A DNA stretch of 20,000 bases, taken from the NCBI GenBank assembly GCA_013388835.1, contig JACAEL010000092.1:18023-38022 (forward strand). Reading direction: 5' to 3'. Under the pieces are notes generated by a model, which saw nothing but the letters and a program-made list of their open reading frames with translations, was not told where the DNA came from and ran no database searches. How positions within the stretch are numbered: position 1 is the first letter of the stretch; every line of letters starts with the position of its first letter. The position numbers and the translations under genes were made by a program. Below, one piece after another: positions 8,102 to 16,130 of the stretch. Source of the DNA: Candidatus Thorarchaeota archaeon. GTDB lineage: Archaea; Asgardarchaeota; Thorarchaeia; Thorarchaeales; Thorarchaeaceae.

Positions 8102-8991
8102 CCTGCCTTTGTGAGTATCCGGGGGCCTTCCTCCGTGATGAAGACCGTGTGTTCAGACTGACTCACAGGTCTTCCCTTCTTCTCGACAAGGACTGGGTGA
8201 GGACGGATCGCCTTTGCATGCAGGAGAGCATTGAACTCCGCTTCCACACTGATGGACCTGTCTGACGTGCCCACCCAACGGGATGCAAACGGGAAGGGTC
8301 CGTACTTCTTCCGAAGGTGAAGTCTTAGCTTCTCAGTCACTCCCGACAAGGGTCTATCAACATCCGTGTTCGAGAAGATGTAGGTGTTCTTGCTGTCAAC
8401 AATACCAATGCCGCTCGTTGCGAATGGTTCGATTGCATAGCACTCACCGACCTCAATCGGAGTACTGTCGTGGGTGTGCACGTTGGGAACCCTCTTTCCT
8501 GCATGAAGCTTGTACTGCAACATACTGTGCCCAGAGAGTTCCTTGACTGGGACAATGCCATATGCCCTGATCACCTTCTCGATTGTCCGGCCAACTTCAC
8601 CAAGCGTGTTGCCGGGGACCATCACAGCTATTGCCTCGTTGAGCGCGTCATCCGTCGCAACAACAAGGCCCTCAAGAGTGCCGTCCAAGTCGACTGTTCG
8701 TGCGGTGTCTGCAATGTAGCCATCAATCTGAGCTCCCACATCGACCTTGACGAGACCGCTCTCAGGTATCACCGATGTGTCGCTCTTTGGAGAAGTGTAG
8801 TGGGCCGCAATATGCTGAACTGACACGTTACATGGAAAGGCTGGACGTGCACCCAGCTCAATTGTCCTTCTCTCAGCCAGACTGCAGATGGTGGACACCT
8901 TGACGCCCGGCTTGACCTCCTTGCAGGCCTCGTTGAGGACACGAGCAGCGAGGACACCGGCTCGAACATGGGACGGGTTAGGCTGAGTCAC
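8098..8991 (-). CDS. map: Type II methionine aminopeptidase, copy B (divergent paralog)
   Basis: GTG start; VQHIAAHYTSPKSDTSVIP, VKVDVG...GYIADTA, ELSGHS...LHAGKRVPN, YAIEPFAT, SQSEHTVFI; all metal ligands retained; 4-nt overlap with the convergent neighbour. Confidence 0.95.
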   Translation of the reverse strand: MTQPNPSHVRAGVLAARVLNEACKEVKPGVKVSTICSLAERRTIELGARPAFPCNVSVQHIAAHYTSPKSDTSVIPESGLVKVDVGAQIDGYIADTARTVDLDGTLEGLVVATDDALNEAIAVMVPGNTLGEVGRTIEKVIRAYGIVPVKELSGHSMLQYKLHAGKRVPNVHTHDSTPIEVGECYAIEPFATSGIGIVDSKNTYIFSNTDVDRPLSGVTEKLRLHLRKKYGPFPFASRWVGTSDRSISVEAEFNALLHAKAIRPHPVLVEKKGRPVSQSEHTVFITEEGPRILTKAG

Positions 8992-9025
8992 TTTTGTCTG
9001 CCGGCGAGCATATTGGTACGACTCC

Positions 9026-9038
9026 TCTTAAGCAGTTC
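9026..9038 (-). promoter_or_regulatory. BRE/TATA-like promoter element of MetAP copy B
   Basis: Reverse strand GAACTGCTTAAGA; GCTTAAGA begins 42 nt upstream of the GTG start. Confidence 0.55.
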
Positions 9039-9086
9039 CGTGGACTCCTTGTTCAGTCCTCTGGCATCAACGGGCGAAGAGGTAAT

Positions 9087-9359
9087 ATGGTTCCGCGCTC
9101 AGGCAGTCACGAGAGAGCAATGAGTGTGCATGAAGACCAACCGAGAAACAGACGGGTGTCGTTCATTGTCCTGCTGACTCTACTGCTCTCGCCGGGCTCG
9201 ATACTGCTCTTCTCCAGCCCTTCAATACTCAGCCCAGTGGTCATGCTATTGCTCTCCGCGGTCGCACTCTTCTTCGTGCTGTTCTTCGTAAGACATCTTC
9301 GGCGAGTGAGGAGTGCAACACGACCTCCTTCAGAGACCTATCCGGGGGGATATCTATGA
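9087..9359 (+). CDS. Small hydrophobic membrane protein, start uncertain (9087 or 9120)
   Basis: Two TM-like stretches (VSFIVLLTLLLSPGSILLF, VVMLLLSAVALFFVLFF); the track TTG start at 8994 is implausibly close to the divergent MetAP start; 4-nt overlap with the next ORF. Confidence 0.5.
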   Translation: MVPRSGSHERAMSVHEDQPRNRRVSFIVLLTLLLSPGSILLFSSPSILSPVVMLLLSAVALFFVLFFVRHLRRVRSATRPPSETYPGGYL

Positions 9360-9772
9360 TGGATGAGACCCCCCATCGCGGTGACGCCGGCAACGACACG
9401 AAGCAGTGCTGTGCATGGGGCACATTCGTCATGGCAGTGGTACTGGGGGTCGCAATCCTAACAATTGTATCCCTAATGTCATTCGAGTACTGGCTTGCAT
9501 TCTGGGTCGTCCCTCCCATGGTCATATTCCTCATCTGTATAACCTTCCAGTGGGCTCGTGGATGTCCATTCGCACGCGTAGACCGTGGAGCGGACGAACG
9601 CGCCTTCGAAGAGATGCGTCTGCATGCCTTACCTGCAGAGACTACTGATGGCATTGGCGTCTATCGATGCCCGGACTGCGGTATGTCATTCGATCTGTCC
9701 AATGCTCGACCGATGGACGAGAAGGTGTTCCTGTGCCCATTCTGTGGCGTCAGACTCTTCACAAGAGGCTAG
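9356..9772 (+). CDS. Membrane protein with C-terminal zinc-ribbon
   Basis: 138 aa; two TM segments then YRCPDCGMSFDLSN...FLCPFCGVRLF; start preceded by GGGGGAT. Confidence 0.65.
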   Translation: MMDETPHRGDAGNDTKQCCAWGTFVMAVVLGVAILTIVSLMSFEYWLAFWVVPPMVIFLICITFQWARGCPFARVDRGADERAFEEMRLHALPAETTDGIGVYRCPDCGMSFDLSNARPMDEKVFLCPFCGVRLFTRG

Positions 9773-10019
9773 CTCATGCCGACACTCTTGTCAAGACGCC
9801 GCTGACGATTCAGTCTATTGAGGCACGAAGACTCAGGCATTCACCAGTGGGCTACTATGACCACATGACGCGGTTCTGTTCAGTACCTAACGAGAACAGT
9901 CGTCCGTCATCAAACATGGGACCTCCTAGTCATACCTGACACCATACACAATGGTGGATGGGCGCAAGAAGAGGAACTGCGAGGAAATCTCAGTGACAGA
10001 TGATAGGATTAGAGATAGA

Positions 10020-10136
10020 TGGCGCCGGGAGAGGGATTTGTTCGGGGGCCGTGAGGATGCCTCACCAACCTAACCCTCGCGCCTTGTGGGCACCAACTTA
10101 GCAGGCTGGCTCCTTACCATGCTAGGAAATCCCGGC
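10020..10136 (-). tRNA. trnS: tRNA-Ser(GCT), CCA encoded, with a 31-nt insertion in the T loop
   Basis: Acceptor GCCGGGA/TCCCGGC (7/7); D stem TCCT/AGGA with GG in the loop; anticodon stem-loop CCAGC-CTGCTAA-GTTGG; class II variable arm GCC-CACAA-GGC; T stem GAGGG/CCCTC; discriminator G; CCA at 10022-10020. Confidence 0.93.
10041..10071 (-). other. Putative tRNA intron within the T loop (between T55 and C56)
   Basis: GAGGG-TT-[AGGTTGGTGAGGCATCCTCACGGCCCCCGAA]-CAAAT-CCCTC; removal restores a canonical TTCAAAT 7-nt T loop; the insert has a 6-bp hairpin GTGAGG-CAT-CCTCAC. Confidence 0.75.
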
Positions 10137-10224
10137 TGTCAGAACTCGCCTGCGGCTCATCTCATAAACCTTGTGAAGCCGCATGAAGTCAGGTGAGGTG
10201 GCGAGTGAGCAGGAGGTGCGACGG

Positions 10225-10510
10225 CTCCTTGATTCCGGATGTCGGTAGTCGGCGGGCAAATCAGTGCCCTTCTCTGAGCAGCACCCTCTGGGGCTCCATC
10301 ACTCTGCCTTAAGGCTGTTCCCTCCCGGGCCTGACCTGGTTCGGCAGTCTGAGCAGACTTGCAACGGTCCTTCAACTGTTGCTGTCGCCGTGACGGACTC
10401 CAGAGACTGCTCATCATCGTCATGCGACTGGACCCACCGAGGTTCCGTTTCACCCTCGATGTCGGTTACTGGCCCCGGTTATTGCCATACCGGTGACAGG
10501 TCGTGGCAAA
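10225..10510 (-). ncRNA. ffs: Signal recognition particle 7S RNA (boundaries approximate)
   Basis: Helix 8 ACCAGGTCAGG-CCC-GGGA-GGG-AACAGCC...AAGGCAG; helix 5 pairing GAGCAG/CTGCTC, TCTGG/CCAGA, CGGTGGG/CCCGCCG; 5' domain AGTAACC plus CGAGG/CCTCG hairpin; TATA-like GACATAAATG at 10540-10531. Confidence 0.87.
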
Positions 10511-10575
10511 CGACCCGGCCCTACCCGTCGCATTTATGTCCAGTGGGAATGACTGAATTAAAGCTATCGTCAGGA

Positions 10576-12372
10576 CTAGACGAGGGAGCCGGAGGCCCTC
10601 TTGATCTGGACAATCTCTTCTAGGACATCGAGTTCAGACTGAGATAGGTCCTCGTGGAACTTTCTTCGTATTGCGAGGATGTGTTTGTCGGGGACTTCAG
10701 TATAGAGGACATCATTGTTCTTGACCTGTCGCCCGATTGTGGGGCCCCTAATTGAGACTGCGACTTCCATGCCGTCGGTGGCCTCTTCGATGACAACGCC
10801 ACGGTCCTGTATCTGTAGCACAGTGCCCACTCTTCTTCCGTCGGATGTGATTAGAGACACCTTTGGCCTCAGGATGCCTTGGATGCGGACCCCGACAATG
10901 GCGGGGTTCTTATGACGGAAGACATAGTCGGGAATCAGCTGCAGTTTCCCAGGCCTCACAATACTGGCCAGTGAGTCGGCCTTTACCTGCTCCCGCTTGA
11001 CGATGAGCCATGCGTTGTACTCGTCGTACAGTCTGTAGATGACCTCGTTGACAAAGACCTCGACTCCATACTCCGCAGCGAGTTCCTCGACCTCGGGTGC
11101 GAGCTTGACATTGAACCCCAGAACGACGGCATTGAGCGGGTCGGTGTCACCAGCAGCACGAGCCTCAAGGATGTCACGTCTGACGATGGTGCCCACGTCC
11201 GCCACTCGAACGGGCACTTTTCGCTCCTGAAGGAACTGAGTCACCGCCTCCAGCGAGCCAAGAGTGTCAGTCTTGAGTACGATTCCGGACGAGTCGCGCT
11301 GAATCCTAATTGAGGACACCTCATCCCTGACTCTCTTCTTCATTTCCTCAACCAGAGAGAGGTCCTCAACCACGTATACGGGTGCTCCCGCCACAGCCCC
11401 ATGGATGTCAGGAGACACTATCTTGACGCCGGCAGCAGCGTGAACCTCCGACACTGGCAAGAACTTCTCTCTCGGGTCGCGAATCTCATCTAGTGGTCGT
11501 GGCTGAAGAAGAGAGCGAATCTTGGCAACGATGGGCTCCTCTAGGCCTCCAACGACAATAGTATCGGTCTTGCGAAGGACGCCCTCGTAGATGATGGTGT
11601 CGAGTGTGACCCCTAGACCTGTCTCCTCTCGGACTTCGAGCACTGCACCCTTTGCCGGACCAGTGGAAACCCTCAGGCGGTCTCTCATGTACTGCTGTGT
11701 GAGACCTGCAAGGACCATCAGCAGTTCAGGAATGCCATCCCCTGTCTTCGCACTGGTTGGGACAATCGCCGCGTTCTTGGTGAAGTCCTGAATGCGGTCA
11801 AATCTCTCGGAGGGCACCCCATTGGCTGACAGAGCACCCACGATGTCATAGATGCGTCGGTCCACCTCACCTTGTGTTGAGACACTCTGCGCGCTCATCG
11901 ACTGAACCAGACTCATCCCTGGTCGGTGCTTCCATCCGGGAATCTTGTCCAGCTTGTTGGCTGCCACCAAGAAGGGTGTCTTGCCGGACCTGAGTATCTT
12001 TAGCGACTCATATGTCTGCGTCAGAGGGCCTTCAGTAATGTCGATGACAAGTATCGCTATGTCTGCAATTGCTCCTCCGCGCTTCCTGAGGTTGAGATAC
12101 GCCTCATGTCCGGGAGTGTCAATGAATAGGAGGCCCTCGATGGCCAGCTGAGTCCTTATGGTCTTTAGGAGGTCACCACATATGGAGATGAGTGTCTCAG
12201 TGGGAAAGAATGACGCGCCGATGTGCTGGGTGATTCCAGCCACTTCACGCTCCTGGACTGCGGTTCCTCGCATCTTGTCGAGCAGCGAGGTCTTGCCGTG
12301 GTCGATGTGGCCCAGGATGGTTACGATTGGTGAACGGAGCCTGCCGGTTGGACCTGATTTCGGCTGAGACAT
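10576..12372 (-). CDS. infB: Translation initiation factor aIF5B (IF2 family)
   Basis: G1 [10 protein letters not shown]3 DTPGHEAY, G4 NKLD; ATG at 12372 with GAGGTG upstream is preferred over the track GTG at 12396; no intein. Confidence 0.97.
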   Translation of the reverse strand: MSQPKSGPTGRLRSPIVTILGHIDHGKTSLLDKMRGTAVQEREVAGITQHIGASFFPTETLISICGDLLKTIRTQLAIEGLLFIDTPGHEAYLNLRKRGGAIADIAILVIDITEGPLTQTYESLKILRSGKTPFLVAANKLDKIPGWKHRPGMSLVQSMSAQSVSTQGEVDRRIYDIVGALSANGVPSERFDRIQDFTKNAAIVPTSAKTGDGIPELLMVLAGLTQQYMRDRLRVSTGPAKGAVLEVREETGLGVTLDTIIYEGVLRKTDTIVVGGLEEPIVAKIRSLLQPRPLDEIRDPREKFLPVSEVHAAAGVKIVSPDIHGAVAGAPVYVVEDLSLVEEMKKRVRDEVSSIRIQRDSSGIVLKTDTLGSLEAVTQFLQERKVPVRVADVGTIVRRDILEARAAGDTDPLNAVVLGFNVKLAPEVEELAAEYGVEVFVNEVIYRLYDEYNAWLIVKREQVKADSLASIVRPGKLQLIPDYVFRHKNPAIVGVRIQGILRPKVSLITSDGRRVGTVLQIQDRGVVIEEATDGMEVAVSIRGPTIGRQVKNNDVLYTEVPDKHILAIRRKFHEDLSQSELDVLEEIVQIKRASGSLV

Positions 12373-12668
12373 GGAGCGCACCTCATAAGCAGACACGCAC
12401 CGGGCACGCCCCGCGGATTTATGAAACTGTCGTTAGCATCGACTCTGCCGCATGAGTTGTCATGACCAGTCACCGCATGGCAGAGGCTGACGCAGGGGGG
12501 CATTCAATTCCGTACTTGTGCATATCAGGCAATGTTGTTTCCTCTACCGACTCCGGACTCGACTTCTGCAGAGTCGCTAGCATCCGACATTCTAAAATAG
12601 ACGTCCCAGAAGGCGGCCCATGACGTAACAGGGTCAAGCTACGCTCTTGACGAACGCGGTGATTCATA

Positions 12669-13334
12669 ATGGAGAAGTCGCTTGTAATTATTAAGCCCGA
12701 CGGAACAGTCAGAAGGACTGTGGGTGCGCTTGTAGTCAAAGCGCTCATGGACCGCGGATTCAAGATTCGCGCGTTCAAGGAGATGAAGGTCCCAAGGTCA
12801 CTGGCAGAGCTTCATTATGCGGTGCATGAGGACAAGCCGTTCTTCCCTTGGCTTGTCGACTTCATAACATCTGCACGGGTTCTTGTGATGATTCTTGAGG
12901 GTGAGAACGTGATTCAAGGGGTCCGTGACGCGCTGGGTGCGACCTTTGTGCAGAAGGCGGCCCCGGACTCGCTGAGAGGGCGCTATGGTATATGGTCAGG
13001 GATAAACATTGCACACGCATCTGATGGTGCAGAGACTGCTACAAATGAGATAGAACTCTGGTTGGAACATGGCGGAGTTGAGGAGTCCAATAGAGCCGAG
13101 GATGACGCACGTGCATACGTCAAGAAGTACGGGTCTTCAGGAGTGGACTTCACACGGGAGATCAGGGAGGTCATCAGCACTGCCATCAAGAGTCGTGATG
13201 CCTCGAAAGATGTCGTAAAGTCGCTTGTGGACCTGTTGAAGAAGGACTCCAAGGGCATAGGCTCCAAGGAGATAGAGTCTCTGGCCGCAGCGATAGTCAC
13301 TTCAATCCGAGAAGAGATCGAAAAGAGTAAGTGA
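12669..13334 (+). CDS. ndk: Nucleoside diphosphate kinase with a C-terminal extension of about 70 aa
   Basis: EKSLVIIKPDGTVRR, KMK-like motif, NIAHASDG active-site His region; TATA-like CTAAAATAG upstream. Confidence 0.95.
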   Translation: MEKSLVIIKPDGTVRRTVGALVVKALMDRGFKIRAFKEMKVPRSLAELHYAVHEDKPFFPWLVDFITSARVLVMILEGENVIQGVRDALGATFVQKAAPDSLRGRYGIWSGINIAHASDGAETATNEIELWLEHGGVEESNRAEDDARAYVKKYGSSGVDFTREIREVISTAIKSRDASKDVVKSLVDLLKKDSKGIGSKEIESLAAAIVTSIREEIEKSK

Positions 13335-13394
13335 GATGGCAAGGTGGCCCAGCGGCCACCTCTGTGCATTCACTCACTGGGAGTAGGCGGTCGC

Positions 13395-13598
13395 TCAGCC
13401 CCGGGCAGCCTTGCCACCCTTCTCGTAGCCCGCAGTCCACTTGGTGTCGCGGGGTTTCTTCCCCCGGTCGAGGCTTGCCACCTTACACTTGTTGGAGCAG
13501 AACCACAATACGGCACCATCCTTTGTCCTGACAAAGGCCATTCCCGTACCGGGTTCGATGTCCTTGCTGCAGAAAACGCACTTCTGTGTCCCAACCAC
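13395..13598 (-). CDS. rpl24e: 50S ribosomal protein L24e
   Basis: 67 aa with CVFCSKDIEPGTGMAFV..DG..LWFCSNKC zinc finger. Confidence 0.95.
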   Translation of the reverse strand: MVGTQKCVFCSKDIEPGTGMAFVRTKDGAVLWFCSNKCKVASLDRGKKPRDTKWTAGYEKGGKAARG

Positions 13599-13600
13599 CG

Positions 13601-13819
13601 CTACCGCCTCCGCGTCTTGCGTGCCTCACGCTCTGTCTCTCGCAGTATCAAGATGTCACCCATACGAACAGGGCCCTTGACATTCCTTGTCAGAACTCTG
13701 CCCTTGTCCCTTCCGTCAAGAATCTTGACGCGAACCTGTGTGATCTCACCAGTCACGCCAGTGCGACCCAGCAGCTGAATCACTTCGGCTGGTATTGACG
13801 GCTCTTTCTCTTCGGTCAT
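13601..13819 (-). CDS. rps28e: 30S ribosomal protein S28e
   Basis: 72 aa; [51 protein letters not shown]. Confidence 0.96.
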   Translation of the reverse strand: MTEEKEPSIPAEVIQLLGRTGVTGEITQVRVKILDGRDKGRVLTRNVKGPVRMGDILILRETEREARKTRRR

Positions 13820-13838
13820 GGGAGTCCCTCACAAGGGT

Positions 13839-14210
13839 TTACTTGCGAAGCCCTGCAATCTTGTCGACTACATCAGCGACAAGGTCCTTTGCCTTTCCTT
13901 CAACTATGATTGCAACCGCGGCCGTGGGGCGCTCTACTCCTGCGGCGGTCCCAAGGTCATTCTTGCTCTTGACGAAGATGTAGGGGACCTTCTTGTCATC
14001 GCAGAGCCCAGGAAGGTACATGGTGATTTCTGGGGGTTCCACATCCTCTGCAATCAGGACCAGTCTTGCGATTCCACGTTCGATTGACTTCGTGGCCTCA
14101 TTGATACCTTTCTTGATCCTGCCAGTGTCCTTCGCAGACTCGAGCGCTTCAAGTGCTTTCTTCTGGAGTTCTTCAGTTGCTTCCCAGTCGACAAAACTCG
14201 GCTTAGGCAT
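13839..14210 (-). CDS. rpl7ae: 50S ribosomal protein L7Ae
   Basis: 123 aa; GINEATKSIERGIARLVLIAEDVEPPEITMYLPGLCDDKKVPYIFV. Confidence 0.97.
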   Translation of the reverse strand: MPKPSFVDWEATEELQKKALEALESAKDTGRIKKGINEATKSIERGIARLVLIAEDVEPPEITMYLPGLCDDKKVPYIFVKSKNDLGTAAGVERPTAAVAIIVEGKAKDLVADVVDKIAGLRK

Positions 14211-14295
14211 TTGGTCTTACCTCTGTTTTCACGTCATTGGTATGGTAATGGAATGCGTCCTGAGTGGTCGCATCCCAATGGCTCTCGGGATGTCG

Positions 14296-14305
14296 CTTTT
14301 TAAAA
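14296..14305 (-). promoter_or_regulatory. TATA box upstream of rpl7ae
   Basis: Reverse strand TTTTAAAAAG, about 90 nt upstream of the rpl7ae start. Confidence 0.5.
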
Positions 14306-14330
14306 CTGCCGAACTAACCGCCGGGCGCTG

Positions 14331-15314
14331 TCAGTAAAGTGTTCTTATGGTTCGCATCAGACTTGCTTTGTCAACACCAGCAAGTATCGAGTGGCGCTCG
14401 CGTCGCTCCATCAGGTCCAGTGCATGAACGATATACTCGTAGAAGAGCCCTGGGGTCATTGACATGGCCTTCAGAGAGGTGGGCAACCCTCGTGATTCCA
14501 TCAGCTTGTGAATACTCTCCTGTGACTGTATGGCATATCCACGCTCCTCCAGATAGTGTAGACACAGCGGAGTTGCAAAGATGACCTGCATACCGTGTAG
14601 GTCATGATTTCGCCGCTCCATCGCATGAGATATGGAGTGCTCTGTGCCTGAGCACGGTCTTGAGCTACCAGCAATGCACATCGCCCGTCCTGCGTCAATC
14701 TCAGCCCGCACCAGTACTTCCAGACTGCCGTCAGTCAATACGCTGTTCAAGGCGTTTTCGGTGACTCTGTAGGCGTCCTCGTTGAAGGACTCCCCGAAGT
14801 TCTCATACGCGAATCTCCATTCGCTGAGACTGGATGCCTTGCAGAGGATGTCACCAACCCCAGCCAGGTTGAGACGGGGGGGAGCCCTCGAGATGATGTC
14901 CAAGTCTGCAACGACAGCAATGGGAGTCTTGCACTTCTTCGAGTACTTGAAGCCATTATGGCTTACCGAGGCGACTTCACTGGCAATTCCATCGTGTGAC
15001 GCCGCTGTTGGGATCGATATCCAGTCGAGGCCTGTGGCGGTCGCTATGAGCTTGGCTGTGTCGATGCTGCGGCCCCCACCAAATCCGATGACAACCCCAT
15101 TGATACCGCCGGGTGTATGCGCCTCCGGGTCGTCCGACACCTTGACCCAGTTGGGAGTCACAGATAGCAGAGACTCGAGCTGCCCCCGGTAGTCGCGGAG
15201 TAACCCCTCATCGGTCACACAGGTCACAGTGTCATAGCCAGAGGTGAGCTGTGATAGCCTCTTGAGGCCTCCAGCCTCGACAATGACTTGACTCGGACAA
15301 TGATAGGACATCAA
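14331..15314 (-). CDS. egsA: sn-glycerol-1-phosphate dehydrogenase
   Basis: 327 aa; GFGGGRSIDTAKLIA, ISIPTAASHDGIAS, GVGDILCK, GTEHSISHAM.....LHGMQV. Confidence 0.93.
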   Translation of the reverse strand: MMSYHCPSQVIVEAGGLKRLSQLTSGYDTVTCVTDEGLLRDYRGQLESLLSVTPNWVKVSDDPEAHTPGGINGVVIGFGGGRSIDTAKLIATATGLDWISIPTAASHDGIASEVASVSHNGFKYSKKCKTPIAVVADLDIISRAPPRLNLAGVGDILCKASSLSEWRFAYENFGESFNEDAYRVTENALNSVLTDGSLEVLVRAEIDAGRAMCIAGSSRPCSGTEHSISHAMERRNHDLHGMQVIFATPLCLHYLEERGYAIQSQESIHKLMESRGLPTSLKAMSMTPGLFYEYIVHALDLMERRERHSILAGVDKASLMRTIRTLY

Positions 15315-15433
15315 ATCAGCTCACAGAGGACGTTCCCGTGTCTCAGTTAAGTGCTTCTATCAGACGTCAGTGGCATGTCATGCAGCTGGTGTTACCACAG
15401 TCATACGACATCTGAAATCCAGAGTGACAGTCC

Positions 15434-15964
15434 ATGTTTCACATCGACCAACTGGAGCTTGACCGAATGACACAATATGTGAAGGTCGCCCTCATGGGTT
15501 CGGGCTTTGCAGGCAAGTCGACCCTAATCAGACTCCTGACTGATGGAACCCAGAAACCGGAGACAAACTATCGTCCAACTGCAGGAATGGACTGCGGCAC
15601 CATAACCATTGATGCCGATACCAAGGTGACACTGGTGGAGATGGGCGGTCAGTCGCATTTTGAGTTCTTGTGGCCGGACTTTCTACAAGGCAGCAGTATG
15701 GTCGTGATAGTGACCGAGAGCACTCCGAAGGCCGTTCTGCAGACGCGCCAGATAATGGAGAAATACAAGGACAAACTCACGGGCAGGCAGATCATCGCCA
15801 TAGCGAACAAGCAGGACATACCGGGGTCTCTGAAGCCTGAGTCAGTACAGGACCTGCTCGGTGTCCCAACATACGGGATGGTGGCCATCGACCCTAAACA
15901 GAGAGTGCACGGCTACAGGGTCCTGCTCGAAGGCATCCGTGAGATGATGCAGGTGGCGGCCTAG
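15434..15964 (+). CDS. Arf/Arl-family small GTPase
   Basis: G1 GSGFAGKST, G3 VEMGGQ, G4 ANKQD; Arf-like order; start may be internal at MTQYVKV (15467). Confidence 0.87.
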   Translation: MFHIDQLELDRMTQYVKVALMGSGFAGKSTLIRLLTDGTQKPETNYRPTAGMDCGTITIDADTKVTLVEMGGQSHFEFLWPDFLQGSSMVVIVTESTPKAVLQTRQIMEKYKDKLTGRQIIAIANKQDIPGSLKPESVQDLLGVPTYGMVAIDPKQRVHGYRVLLEGIREMMQVAA

Positions 15965-16130
15965 CTGCAGTACTCCTGTCAATAGGGGAAGGCTTTTATT
16001 CGGTGCAAGGAAAGCAAAACAAGCCCAGGACACGGGCGAGTGAGCTGGAAACCCAGCTATGGGAATCTGGCGAGTCCGTCCGGGATTAGTGTCTTTTGGG
16101 TGAGAATCTTACCTTCGAGGTCAGGACACC

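Noticed and set aside
5396-8991. MetAP pair as an assembly duplication
   Set aside because: The two proteins differ at many positions and have different neighbours, so they are genuine paralogs.
9870-9905. CTGTTC/GAACAG inverted repeat after the zinc-ribbon gene
   Set aside because: Only 6 bp with a long loop, expected by chance.
10041-10071. tRNA-Ser as a pseudogene disrupted by an insertion
   Set aside because: All stems pair perfectly, CCA is encoded, the anticodon loop is intact, and clean excision restores a consensus T loop; a functional intron is more likely, though unproven.
10157-10623. ORFs of 98 and 119 aa overlapping the SRP RNA
   Set aside because: They lie over a clearly identifiable SRP RNA gene and have no protein similarity I recognise.
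10576-12372. Intein in infB
   Set aside because: The protein is collinear with aIF5B at about 600 aa with no inserted splicing domain.
13344-13778. 144-aa plus-strand ORF over rpl24e and rps28e
   Set aside because: Antisense shadow of ribosomal protein genes.
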